Positions 1 to 10,701 of a stretch of DNA of 27,353 nt are shown piece after piece. Both the position numbers and the translations under genes were made by a program. Within the stretch, counting starts at the first letter, position 1; every line of letters starts with the position of its first letter. Source of the stretch: Octopus sinensis (Eukaryota). The stretch covers positions 1 to 27,353 of the forward strand of contig NW_021833399.1 in the NCBI RefSeq assembly GCF_006345805.1, written 5' to 3'. The notes beneath the pieces are model-generated. The model searched no databases and was not told the origin of the DNA. It worked only from the letters and a program-made list of their open reading frames with translations.

Positions 1-90
1 TGTGATGAATTACAGAGCCACGTCATTCATTTTAATGTTGATAGTTTATGAGGGTGTGTGCTATAGAGCTTATTCCCACTTACATATCCA

Positions 91-270
91 CAAACACACA
101 CACACACACACACACATATACGGTGAGCTTCTTTCAGTTTCCGTATACCGAATCCACTCACAAGACTTTGGTTGTCCCGGGGCTATAGTAGAAGACACTT
201 GCTCAAGGTGCCGCGCAGTGGGACTGAACCCGGAACCAAACTTCTTAAAAACACAGCCTCGTTTGCACCT
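91..270 (-). mobile_element. tRNA-derived SINE family A, 5' half only
   Basis: Reverse complement matches the head of the copies at 4498 and 13739 (ttccgggttcagtcccactgcg..accttg.gcaagtgtcttctactatagccccggg), followed by the family's central (CA/TA)n tract. The head has a small deletion. Confidence 0.85.
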
Positions 271-340
271 GTTATATGAATATTCATTTTACGCTCATAA
301 TTTTACACTTTATCAATCTATTTGAACAGATAAGAATTAA

Positions 341-355
341 TGCAGTGAAACAGAG

Positions 356-386
<31 letters not shown>

Positions 387-574
387 ATGAGAGAGAGAGT
401 GAAAGAAAGAAAGAAAGAAGGAAAGGAAGGAAGGAAAAGAGAGAGAGAGAGAGTTAGAGGAGAAAGAGAATGAGATATAATTGCGAATTTATACGCGGAC
501 GCATCGGCACAGAAACACTCTCACACAAACACATATACACACACGTTCACACACACACACGCACACACACACAC

Positions 575-623
<49 letters not shown>

Positions 624-680
624 TCGGGAGATAGTCAGAAAGAAAGAAAGAATGGAAGAAGGAAAGGAAGTGAGAAAGGA
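341..680. repeat. Compound (GA)n/(GAAA)n/(CA)n microsatellite
   Basis: Simple repeats seen directly; they explain ORFs 276..473 and 481..696. Confidence 0.95.
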
Positions 681-1243
681 AGAGAGGAAGATCTAGCTAA
701 TCAGCGAAAATGGATGGCTGGAACTAAGAATCATTTCTTATTGTCTTAATCTGCCGGAGTTCCAAGAACGAATTGAAGACAACGAACCGTTTCTAGTAAA
801 TGCAGTAAGTATGGCTGGGGTCGCAAAGATGAAAGCAATTAGAAGAACAGAGAAAACGAAGGACTTAATTACGTTTAATTGCAGGTCAAATTGAAATAGC
901 CGAAACAGCTATCATCAGTTAATTAAAACTCCGTAGCGAAGTCTTCAACCAACGGCAAATAGAATTACAATTCTGCTTCGAGGGAAGTAGTTAAATCGAT
1001 AGAGAATTCTCGAATTGTCGCCAAAGTATTTCGATAGTGTTATACAGCTGTGTTAGTTTAGATACTTTGTTTATACAACACTGGGTTGGTGGCGGCTGAG
1101 ACGATTTGGAGTTTGTTCAAACGTTGGCAAATTGAAAGATTGGTGGTTCGATTCCTGTTTTGGGCAGTGAGCAACATGTCTGTCATGATCGAGAAAATCT
1201 AGTGCATGTAGCTGGTCGTCAGAGGGACTAGATGCATGAATGA

Positions 1244-1607
1244 GGCGGCGAGCTGGGAGAAATGTTAGCACGCCGGGCGAAATGCTTAGCGGTATTTCGT
1301 CTGCGAGCTGGCAGAAACGATAGCATGTAGGGCGGCAATGCTTTGCAGTATTGCGTCTGCTGCTACGTTCTGAGTTCAAATTCCGCCGAGGTCGACTTTG
1401 CCTTTCATCCTTTCGGGGTCGATTAAATAAGTACCAGTTACGCACTGGGTTCGATGCAATCGACTTAATCCGTTTGTCTGTCCTTGTTTGTCCTCTCTGT
1501 GTTTAGCCCCTTATGGGTAGTAAAGAAATAGGTATTTCGTCTGCCGTTACGTTCTGAATTCAAATTCTGCCGAGGTCGACTTTGCCTTGTGGGCAATAAA
1601 GAAATAA
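1244..1607 (+). mobile_element. tRNA-derived SINE family B, composite copy (duplicated head plus partial second body) with TSD
   Basis: Head ggcggcgagctgg..gttagcacgccgggcgaaatgc occurs twice (1244, ~1303). B-box-like gagttcaaattcc and core gtcgactttgcctttcatcctttcggggtcgat are present. Flanked by gatg(c/t)atgaatgaggcg at 1231-1247 and 1608-1624 (16/17). Same family as 18248-18479. Confidence 0.88.
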
Positions 1608-2056
1608 GATGTATGAATGAGGCGATGTGGCGCGCCTGTTTGGGCGCAGATTATTTCGCAAAGCTGATTGGATATTCAGCTTGTTTTGGCAGCAGTATCT
1701 TTTGGCACTAGAGGCAAGCCTGAACACACACAGAGACCTACAAAAATATGTACATACACATTGAAAGAGGGAGAGAGGAAGAGGATAGAACGGGTGAAAG
1801 AAAGAGGAGAGAGAGAAAGAGAGAGAGAGAGAGAGGGCGAGAGGGAAAGAAAGGGAGAAATCGAGAGAAACATTAAAACGTCTGACGTCAAAATAAGTCA
1901 CCGCCGTATCAGCGACACCAAATGAGCAAAGCCAAAACGGCCCCTCAGGCGTAACACATCGGTCTATACAGTTCTATATTTAAGAGATGAGGAATTATGT
2001 ACGCTATTTACATTATTTACATTCGCCGGATATTTGTCCTCATCTTGTTTGATGTT

Positions 2057-2102
2057 AACACAACGTTTCGGCTGATATACCTGCCAGCCTTCTTCAGATG
2101 TC
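2057..2102 (-). ncRNA. Minimal type I hammerhead ribozyme motif (PLE-type)
   Basis: Minus strand reads gacat-CTGAAGA-a-ggctg(gcaggtatat)cagcc-GAAA-cg-T-T-gtgtt. Core is intact, stem II is 5 bp, stem III is the ACGT palindrome, and stem I is 5 bp with two G-U wobbles. Confidence 0.6.
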
Positions 2103-2173
2103 TTGGGGGAAATTTCGAACCTGGGTTCTCATTCCAAAGGTATTTTTCGATGTTATTATTATTAGTATTGTTA

Positions 2174-2277
2174 TTGTTCAGGTCACTGCTTGGAATCGAG
2201 CTCGGAATCTTGGGGTTAGTAGCCCGCGCTCTTAACCCCAAGATTCTGATTTCGATTCCAAGCAGTGACCTGAACAA
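2174..2277. repeat. Fold-back inverted repeat of a tRNA-like SINE head
   Basis: 2174-2218 pairs with 2233-2277 (26 bp perfect + 14 bp perfect, 42/45 overall). B-box-like ttcgattcc at ~2251-2259. Confidence 0.9.
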
Positions 2278-2337
2278 CAACAACAACAACATTGAATGGT
2301 GGTGGGGGAAAACACAAGCACGAAAACGCTCAAACAT

Positions 2338-2485
2338 AAATATCTATATCTATATCTATGTTTGAACGTTATATATATATAGACATACATATATACATAT
2401 ATACATATACATATATGTGTATATGTATATATGTATATATATATACATACACATATATACATACATATACATATATGTGTATATA

Positions 2486-2533
<48 letters not shown>
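2338..2533. repeat. (TA)n/(TATG)n microsatellite
   Basis: Seen directly. Confidence 0.95.
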
Positions 2534-2536
<3 letters not shown>

Positions 2537-2790
2537 CTTCTATTTGTTTCAGTTATTTAATTGCTACCATACTGGAGCACCATCTTTGACCGAACAAATC
2601 GACCCCAGGATTTATTCTTTGTAAACCTAGTACTTAATCTATCGGCCTTTTTGCCGAATCCCTAAGTTTTGGGAACGTAAACACACCAATATCGGTTGTC
2701 AAGCGATGGCGAAGGACAAACACCGACACACAAAAATATACATACATACATACATACATACATACATACATACATACATACATACATACA

Positions 2791-2826
<36 letters not shown>

Positions 2827-2997
2827 TACATATATACATATATATACGACAAGCTTTTTTTAGTTTCCGTCTACCAAATCCACTCACGAGACTTTGGTCG
2901 ACCCGAGTATATAGTAGAAGACACTTGCCCAAGGTGCCACGCAGTGGAACCATGTGGTTGGAAAGCCAGCTTCTTACCAGACAGCTACGACTGCGCC
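2534..2997 (-). mobile_element. SINE family A, near full length
   Basis: Reverse complement aligns by eye to the copies at 4498 and 13739. Expanded central (TACA)n tract, a ~12-bp deletion in the B-box region, and (TA)n on both sides. Confidence 0.9.
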
Positions 2998-3480
2998 TAT
3001 ATATATATATATATACAAACCGATGAACCGGGTTTATAGAATATCGATTAGTGTAGAAGGAAATATACCATCTGATCTGTTATGCCATCATCAGATTTCT
3101 CTTCAAATCTTTATAGGATTCTGCGAGTTAACCATTATCGGCGTTACCCTTAGAAAAGAACAAAAAATTGATTTATTATATCCCTCGTTTTGTGTTCAGC
3201 TTGAGAGAGGACAGGGGTTACTCACCTCTTTCTTATTTAGTCATGTTTAGGGCCCCACTCTCTGCCTCCTCTTCTGTCTCTTCCGCCTTCTTTTTCATCA
3301 TCTTCCTTTCCTAAATCTTATGACAAAATGGATGCAATAAATCATTATAGACTTCGGGATTACGCAAAATCCTTTTCTCCAATCATATGTTCCATTGGTT
3401 CAAATAATCGCTTTCTTCATTTTCTCTTCGTCTCCTTCCTCTCTCTCTCTCCTCCCTCTCTCTCTGTAGATGTTCACCCA

Positions 3481-3536
3481 TACATACATATATAAACTAA
3501 TATATACAGATACATAAACCTATATATTTATATATG

Positions 3537-3567
<31 letters not shown>

Positions 3568-3690
3568 TATACATACATGTATGTATATACATAGATACTT
3601 AGGTAGAGAGCTACACGCACGTAGATATTGCTATATGTCTGTCTGTCTGTTTGTCTGTTTGTTTGCCCGTCCATTCGTCTGTCCATACAT

Positions 3691-3765
<75 letters not shown>

Positions 3766-3910
3766 CCTGCCTGTCTGTCCATCCGTCTATGTATCTCTCT
3801 ATCTATTTTTCTGTCTGTCTATCTATCAATCAATCTATCTATCTGTCTGTCTGTCTGTCTGTCCATCTATCAATCTATCTATCTGTCTGTGTGTCTGTCT
3901 ATCTATCTAT
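3481..3910. repeat. Compound (TA)n/(TCTA)n/(TCTG)n microsatellite
   Basis: Seen directly; explains the YLSI/SIYL-type ORFs. Confidence 0.95.
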
Positions 3911-3930
3911 AACCATACAAACACTCACAT

Positions 3931-4390
3931 AACGAGATCGCCCGGATACGCAAAAGATGTAGTGACAACACTAGCCGAGACGCACACGTTACTCAGTTCC
4001 TAAAAACACTTTGGGACCAACGGATATCCTACGTCCGTTTCTAACTCCATACGGGAACACAGGCCAGCTAAGCATCGCCAGAGGGATTTCTCTAAAGCTT
4101 GTTTCCTGAAGGTACCCCACATCAATTAGAAAACCACCTCCACCATCTACAAGGATCTCCGCAGGAAAGGGCTCAACATTCGGTTGGCCAATTCAAGACC
4201 GTCCCTATGCAAACGCCTATCAACGAGGTGGCCATGTAAAGTACAACAGCCCTGCACCCTCACTAACTGTCCCATTCGCGACTCTAACATATGCTTATGT
4301 ACGTACGTGGTGTATCAAATACGATGCTCCAAATGTCGCAATGGCACAACACGACCACTCGACGTCCGAATTTAGGAGCAGATGCAGCAC
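3931..4390 (+). pseudogene. Decayed Penelope-like element ORF (RT thumb/linker into GIY-YIG endonuclease)
   Basis: Manual translation: [12 protein letters not shown] (3931), frameshift, NGYP (4019-4030), FLKVPHIN* (stop 4127), then CTLTNCPIRDSNICLCTYVVYQIRCSKC--RNGTTRPLDVRI*EQ. This matches the PLE pattern NGYP...VVYxIxCxxC..YIGxTxRxLxxRIxEH with the YIG codons lost. Confidence 0.75.
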
Positions 4391-4497
4391 GAAGTTTTGT
4401 CAGTGAACAGGTCGCGGTCTCAAAGCGACGAAAATATTTTGACAAATTAAATTTAAATGTTGAAGTGAATCTAACGGTTTTTGTGTGTTTCTTAAGT

Positions 4498-4885
4498 GGC
4501 GTAGGAGTGGCTGTGTGGTAAGTAGCTTGCTTACCAACCACATGGTTCCGGGTTCAGTCCCACTGCGTGGCATCTTGGGCAAGTGTCTTCTGCTATTGCC
4601 CCGGGCCAACCAATGCCTTGTGAGTGGATTTGGTAGACGGGAACTTAAAGAAGCCTGTCGCATATATGTATGTATATGTTTGTGTCTGTGTCTGTCCCCT
4701 TAGCATTGCTTGACAACCGATGCTTGTTGTGTTTACTTCCCCGTTACTTAGCGGTTCGGTAAAAGAATAAGTACTGGGCTAAACAAAGAATAAGTCCTGG
4801 GGTCGATTTGCTCGACTAAAGGCGGTGCCCCAGCATGGCTGCAGTCAAATGACTGAAACAAGTAAAAGAGTAAAAGAGTAAAGAG
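4498..4885 (+). mobile_element. SINE family A, full length
   Basis: Head ggcgtaggagtggctgtgtggtaag (A-box-like), ggttcagtccc (B-box-like), ccttgggcaagtgtctt-type core, short central TA/TG tract and 3' (gtaaaaga)n tail. Confidence 0.92.
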
Positions 4886-5221
4886 CTTATAAACACCTTC
4901 CACGCTGCAATTGATTGCAACTATTCCAAACCGAAATGCAAAATGGCGAACTGTACCTTCAATTGTCTACGATGCAAAATGTACCGTCAATACCACAGTA
5001 AGCGTGCTCGGGCGGAAAAAATAGTAAATCCACAACAATGAGTCGATGTACATCTAACGCCACCTGGCAGAGTTCATAATGTGTCCCCTCGGACGAATTG
5101 AATAAACGACGTGGGAGCGAAGAACATCACATCATCACGTGATAGAATCGTATCCACTGATGGGATGACAATAAACAATATTTTGTGTCGAGACAACTGG
5201 AGTTCTCTCAGGATCGAAATA

Positions 5222-5830
5222 TATCTTCCGTTTTAGTTATTGTCCACGGCCAAGCTGCAGCACCACCTTGAAAGATTTTAGTCGAAACAAACAACCCGAG
5301 TACTAATTTTTTTATTAAAGCCTGGTACTAATATAGGTGTGAGTCTCTATGGCTCACTTCTCCATAGAGCCATAGAGGCTCACACCTATATTAGTACCAG
5401 GCTAAGGCTCACCAATGGAGAGTTCTTAAGCAGATAAGGCCGAAAATGTTGCTAGAAGCTAGGATCACCAAGCATAGATTGGCATATTTCGGTCATATTA
5501 TGCGGAGAAAATCCCTGGAGAAGGACATCATGCTCGGAATGGTCAGTGGCAAGAGAGGAAGAGGCCGACCAAGAACACGCTGGCTTGACACCATCAAGAG
5601 GGATACCGGAATGGACATAGCCAATCTGAAAGAAGCGGCCTAGGATAGAACTGACTGGAGGACACTGATCGAACGAGTGACCAAGAGTCGACTTCGACTG
5701 AGCGGATAGAGAGAACTTATATAGGTATCTTTCAATGAACTACTACTAAGTTACGGGATGTAAACAAACCAACACCAGTTGTCAAACGGTTAGAAAGACA
5801 CACACACACACATACATGTTTTGTCTGTAT
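5222..5830 (-). mobile_element. Diverged 3' half of a family-A-related SINE, interrupted by a LINE insertion
   Basis: 5222-5338 and 5715-5830 resemble consecutive parts of the family A 3' half (cagcaccaccttg..gtcgaaac..aagcctggtact / ctaagttacgggatgtaaac..ccagttgtcaa). Confidence 0.65.
5404..5714 (+). mobile_element. 5'-truncated RTE-clade LINE (BovB-like ORF C-terminus), inactive
   Basis: Translation RLTNGEVLKQIRPKMLLEARITKHRLAYFGHIMRRKSLEKDIMLGMVSGKRGRGRPRTRWLDTIKRDTGMDIANLKEAA*DRTDWRTLIERVTKSRLRLSG* matches the RTE C-terminal YFGHxMRR..LEK..MLG...G.R.RGR.R.RWLD pattern. One frameshift, one premature stop (5641), short GA tail, and putative TSD act(a/t)atataggt at 5327-5338 / 5715-5726. 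Confidence 0.88.
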
Positions 5831-6005
5831 GTATGTATATAAAATAAATAGATATATATAACCATGCAGTGAGGGAAAGAGGGAGAAAGAGAGAGGGAGG
5901 GTGTGCGTGGACGTAAAAAAAATAACAATAGCTGAACGAGCGTAAAATATCGTCACTAAATATTGGACGCCATTTTGTTTTCCAGATCGCCCTCAGCATA
6001 ATATT

Positions 6006-6200
6006 GATGATGATGATGACAACGACGACGACGACGACAATGATGTTGATAACGATGACAACGACGATAATGATGATGATGACGATGATGATCTTATCTA
6101 TGTTATAACATAACATGATATGATGATTTTATATGTAAAGTTATTATATGATATAGGATATGATATGACATGATATCATACGATACAATAGATTATATGA
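6006..6200. repeat. (GAT/GAC)n and (ATATG)n decayed microsatellites
   Basis: Seen directly. Confidence 0.9.
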
Positions 6201-7094
6201 TATGCAATGAAAGTCAATGTTTTCTAAGACAATGCAGGTAATTTATATTTCGTTCTTTGTTCCATGTTTTGTTTACGTTCTTTAAATTACCTGTTGTTTG
6301 TTTGTTTGTTTATTTTGTTTGGTGTTTGTTTGAAATCGCGAATCTCTCTTTAGTTTAAACGTCGTTGAGGTGTAATTGACCCTGACCAAACAAAAGTGGA
6401 AAACAGAAAAACAACAACAACAGCAGCGTCACCAACAAAATAAAGCTAACAAAGCCAAGAAGTTTATCAGCAACAATAGGAGTCAAAATAACGGTAAAAT
6501 TATAGCAAAAAAATACAGGTTGTGTTATCTTCAACAATGAGCGGTATCTTCGCAACGTAATGTTTTCGAGGTGAAATGAAAACAAAGGTAAATATTTAAA
6601 ATTTAAAAATAAAATAAAAATAAAGATAAATTATCAGTAAAAGTAAAATAAAATAAAACAAAATAAAAATAAACATATTACAACATGCAAAAGCTTTCTA
6701 AAATCAAAACAAATACCAAAGTCAAAATGGCGATTTTTATTTTCTCTTGACGTTAAATTTTCATGTCCAAAATTTAGTGTCAATATAGATAGAAGAGAAA
6801 CAAAGCCAAGCAGAAATTAAACAAATAAACAAATAATTTAGAAAATATATAACTAAATAAAATAGAATATGGAGAAAAGATGACCGTTGAGCTTTCTTTT
6901 CTAATGTATCATCTTAATCTACTTTCATATTTGTTAACAAAAAAAAAAGCGATATAAAAATATAATTCTTTGATCAATTGTTTTAATTAGCAATTAATAT
7001 TTTAATGATTTTAAATGTTGTTCTGTTAAAATGCAAAATGAAAAATGTAAACGAGAATTAAAAAAACTATGAAAAACAAAAGAAAACAAAGAGA

Positions 7095-7118
7095 ATAATA
7101 ACAATAATAATAATAATA

Positions 7119-7153
<35 letters not shown>

Positions 7154-7213
7154 AATAAAATAATAATAATAATAATAATAATGAATATGATAATGATAAT
7201 AATAATCATAATA

Positions 7214-7245
<32 letters not shown>

Positions 7246-7250
7246 AATAA

Positions 7251-7282
<32 letters not shown>

Positions 7283-7335
7283 ATATGATAATGATAATAA
7301 TAATAATAATAATAATGATGATGATGATGATGATG

Positions 7336-7366
<31 letters not shown>

Positions 7367-7377
7367 TAATAATAATA

Positions 7378-7408
<31 letters not shown>

Positions 7409-7410
7409 TG

Positions 7411-7452
<42 letters not shown>
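7095..7452. repeat. (AAT)n/(GAT)n microsatellite with an internal ~110-bp duplication
   Basis: The block (gat)n-aataa(aat)n-gaatatgataatgataat occurs twice. Confidence 0.9.
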
Positions 7453-7454
<2 letters not shown>

Positions 7455-7770
7455 GTATGCTATGAAAAAATCGGTAACAACATCGCTTCCCCCCAGAAAA
7501 TGTCCAAGAAAATTGTTTACAGATATTGTGAATTAATAACCGAGATCATAAAATGTGTTTTGTATTAAACCTTACAATTCATTAGTTAGGATATAATGTG
7601 GAAATAATTAAAAATACAAATAAACAAACAAACAAACAAAAAAAAGAAACAAAATTCAAAATATTTAAAACGAAAACAAGCTTGATTCCATATCGTAGAA
7701 AATTAAGTCTAATTAGAATCATAATCATGGACGGTCGCAATTATATTTATCTTTCCTCGTTCTTGCCCTC

Positions 7771-7776
7771 ATTATT

Positions 7777-7817
<41 letters not shown>

Positions 7818-8012
7818 TATCATCATTATCGTCGTCGTCGTCGTCATCGTTATCATCATCCTCTTCATCACCACTGCCATCCTCATCGTCATCATCATTA
7901 ACATCATCATCATCGTCATCGTCATCGTCACCATCGCTGTCGTCGTCGACGTCATTGCCGTCGTCATCGATAACATCATCATCATCATCATCGTTATCAC
8001 CATCATCATCAA

Positions 8013-8050
<38 letters not shown>

Positions 8051-8173
8051 CCATCATCACTATCATCATCGTCACGATCAAAATCATCGTCACATCATCA
8101 TCATCATCGTCGTCGTCACCGTCGTCGTTGACGTCATCATCATCATCATCATCGTTATCACCATCATCATCAA

Positions 8174-8205
<32 letters not shown>

Positions 8206-8244
8206 CCATCATCACCATCATCATCGTCACGATCAAAATCATCG

Positions 8245-8291
<47 letters not shown>

Positions 8292-8680
8292 GTCATCACC
8301 ATCTTGATAGTTTTTATCGTTATGGCCTTGATAACAATCACGATTTTTATCTTGATTCTCATCATCGTCGTCGTCGTCATCATCATCATCATCGTCATCA
8401 TCTCCATAATTTTTATTGTTATGCCCATTATTATAACCACTGTCCTTGTCTTGATCTCTATCATCGTCCTTGCTGCCATCATTATCATCATCATCGTCAT
8501 CACCATCATCGTCGTCGCCATCGTCGTCGCCATCGTCGTCGCCATCGTCGTCGCCATCGTCGTCGCCATCGTCGTCGCCATCGTCGTCGCCATCGTCGTC
8601 GCCATCGTCGTCGCCATCGTCGTCGCCATCGTCGTCGTCAACGTCGTTATCATCTTCACCATCGTCATCATCATCGTCAC

Positions 8681-8714
<34 letters not shown>

Positions 8715-9060
8715 TTCACCATCGTCATCTCATCCTCATCATCCTCATCATCATCATTATCGTCATCGTCATTAGCATCACCATGATCATCATCATCATC
8801 AACATCGTCGTCATTGTCATCAATACTATCCTCTTCCTCCTCTTCTTCCTCATCATCATCATCGTCATCGCCTTGATAATTTTTATCGTTATGACCATCA
8901 TCATTATTACGATCCTTGTCTTGATCACTGTCACCATCGTCTTCAGCATAATCATCATTATCATCATCTCATTATCCCCATTACTCCCCCCCCCACCACC
9001 ACCACCACCACCACCAACGCCGCCACCTTCATCAGCATCATCAGCATCATGATCATACCG
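7771..9060. repeat. Long decayed (CAT/CGT)n trinucleotide sea with repeated complex blocks
   Basis: Seen directly. Includes a (gccatcgtc)n 9-mer run at ~8515-8635 and three diverged copies of a ttttat(c/t)gttatg..cttgat block. Confidence 0.92.
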
Positions 9061-9358
9061 CCATCACAAGCACCAATGTCCATTAGATCCCCAGCATTTA
9101 TACCGCTGAACGACCGAATCAGGAGTTCAACTGATAAAATGTATACTCTCCAGTTTTGATCCGTGAGTTTACAATTCCTTACATTCTGAGTTCAAATCTT
9201 ATCGAGGCTTTCTTCTCATCGTGGGACATTTGATAACTTTAAAATATTCGTACAAAATATGGCTTAGAAATGCGTTCCTTTCTTTTTTTTAGCAGTAGTG
9301 TGTCTCATGATGCCAGAAGAAGCTCTAATGGAAATTTTAAACATTTCTTAATTACTCT

Positions 9359-9837
9359 GCAAACCTAACATCAATCATCCTGATTATGCTTGATCACTCA
9401 TGATTGATATTACAGCTTCATTAACTTGCAACTTGCTCAAGCGAGAGAACGGCTAGTGCCACCTACTAAGAAGTACTGAGGAGGATAAAAGCATTTAGCT
9501 CAGAGTCGCAACATCTGAGTCAACGAAGCTCGTACTGCTGTGTGGAGGGTGTTCCGCCTACATCGGTGGGTGGCCTCGGATAGCTCTAGTATCGCAGCAG
9601 AAAGGGTCGAAACACACCAAGGGCTACTTCAACGCCTGGTTAGACATCGACTCCTGCATCAAGAGACGGAGTGCAGCGCCATCTTCACTACACAAATGCT
9701 TACCCCAAATGTACGAAGCTGTCGTGAAAAATCACCAAAGACTTCATATTCACGCAGCAAACCTAACATCAACCAGTCTGATTAATGTTTGGTCATTCAT
9801 GAGTGACAATATAGCTTCGTTGATCTCCAATTTATGA
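9359..9837 (+). mobile_element. Possible decayed Penelope-like element 3' end with partial tandem pseudo-LTR
   Basis: Diverged ~75-bp direct repeats start at 9359 and 9757 (gcaaacctaacatcaa identical). A stop-free frame at 9499-9837 contains CGGCSAYIG and FNAWLDIDSCIKRR..LPQMYEAV, reminiscent of a GIY-YIG domain and its C-terminus. Confidence 0.45.
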
Positions 9838-9979
9838 AACCGTAATGGAAATAACTGAAATAATTTTATATTCGAATAACAATCATAACGCAGATCGCAG
9901 TAATTAATTCTTGGTCATGTTTGAGTGTTAATGCATGGAGCTATAACAAAAATACGCACAAACCTCATAATCAGATAGC

Positions 9980-10308
9980 CGGAGTCGGAGACCCCACTTC
10001 GGTCACGAATGACCATGGGATTGCACCTAGAAAGTTACCTTCCGAGGCACAAGTCCAGGCAAGGTTGTTTATTGAAGACCAGCAGTCGCCCATGCATATC
10101 AGCCTCCCCTGATGTTATCCAAGAGAAAGGCAAAGGCCGATACAGCTTCGCACCAGTGACGTCGCAACTCATGTCTACAGCTGAGTGAACTGGAGCAATG
10201 TGAAATAAAGTGTCTTGCTCAAGAACACAACACACAACCCGGTCCGGGATTCGAACTCACAACCTCACGGTCGCAAGTTCGACGCTCTAACTACTGATCC
10301 ATGCGCCT
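9980..10308 (-). mobile_element. tRNA-derived SINE family C with 9-bp TSD
   Basis: Minus strand has A-box-like tggatcagtagttagagcg, B-box-like gagttcgaatccc and core gttcttgagcaagacactttatttcac. Flanked by tcagatagc at 9971-9979 and 10309-10317. Confidence 0.85.
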
Positions 10309-10701
10309 TCAGATAGCATTGTAGACATAAATGACCCTGGTTAATGCTTCGTCTGCTATGATAAAATATCTAAGAAGGGATGAAACCGGTGCTACAAGGT
10401 AGCGACATGCCATTTCAAATAAACCAACACTTTAGTGGGAACTCTTAGCTACACTAGTCTATTACATGTGTTTTTAGTACATTATGTGGTAACGTGTCGT
10501 TAAGACCATAGGATGCAATTCTTTGCAGTAATCGTCACAGCTTACTGCGTTCTGAGTTCAAATCCCATCAATGTCACCTTCGCTCTTTGTACTTCAGAAA
10601 TCGATAACTAAAATACCCGTCAAAGAACAGGATCTGTTCTTCTATCTCTCTTTCTCTCTGACTCTGTCCCGTTTATATCCTTCTATACGTTTGATATGCA
10701 G

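Noticed and set aside
697-894. Stop-free plus-strand frame with a GTAAGT donor at 805
   Set aside because: No convincing acceptor and an unrecognisable peptide; within chance expectation.
893-920. CTGATGA on the minus strand followed by a 4-bp stem
   Set aside because: The stem is followed by TTTC rather than GAAA, so the hammerhead topology is wrong.
1130-1170. ggttcgattcc B-box suggesting a tRNA gene
   Set aside because: No cloverleaf or clear A-box; at most an eroded SINE head.
4886-5041. Cys-rich 51-codon frame (CNYSKPKCKMANCTFNCLRC)
   Set aside because: Short, with no splice signals and no recognisable zinc-finger spacing.
6330-6540. Good acceptor ctctctttAG (6352-6353) and a Gln/Lys-rich frame
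   Set aside because: All three frames hit a stop within about 25 nt of the acceptor.
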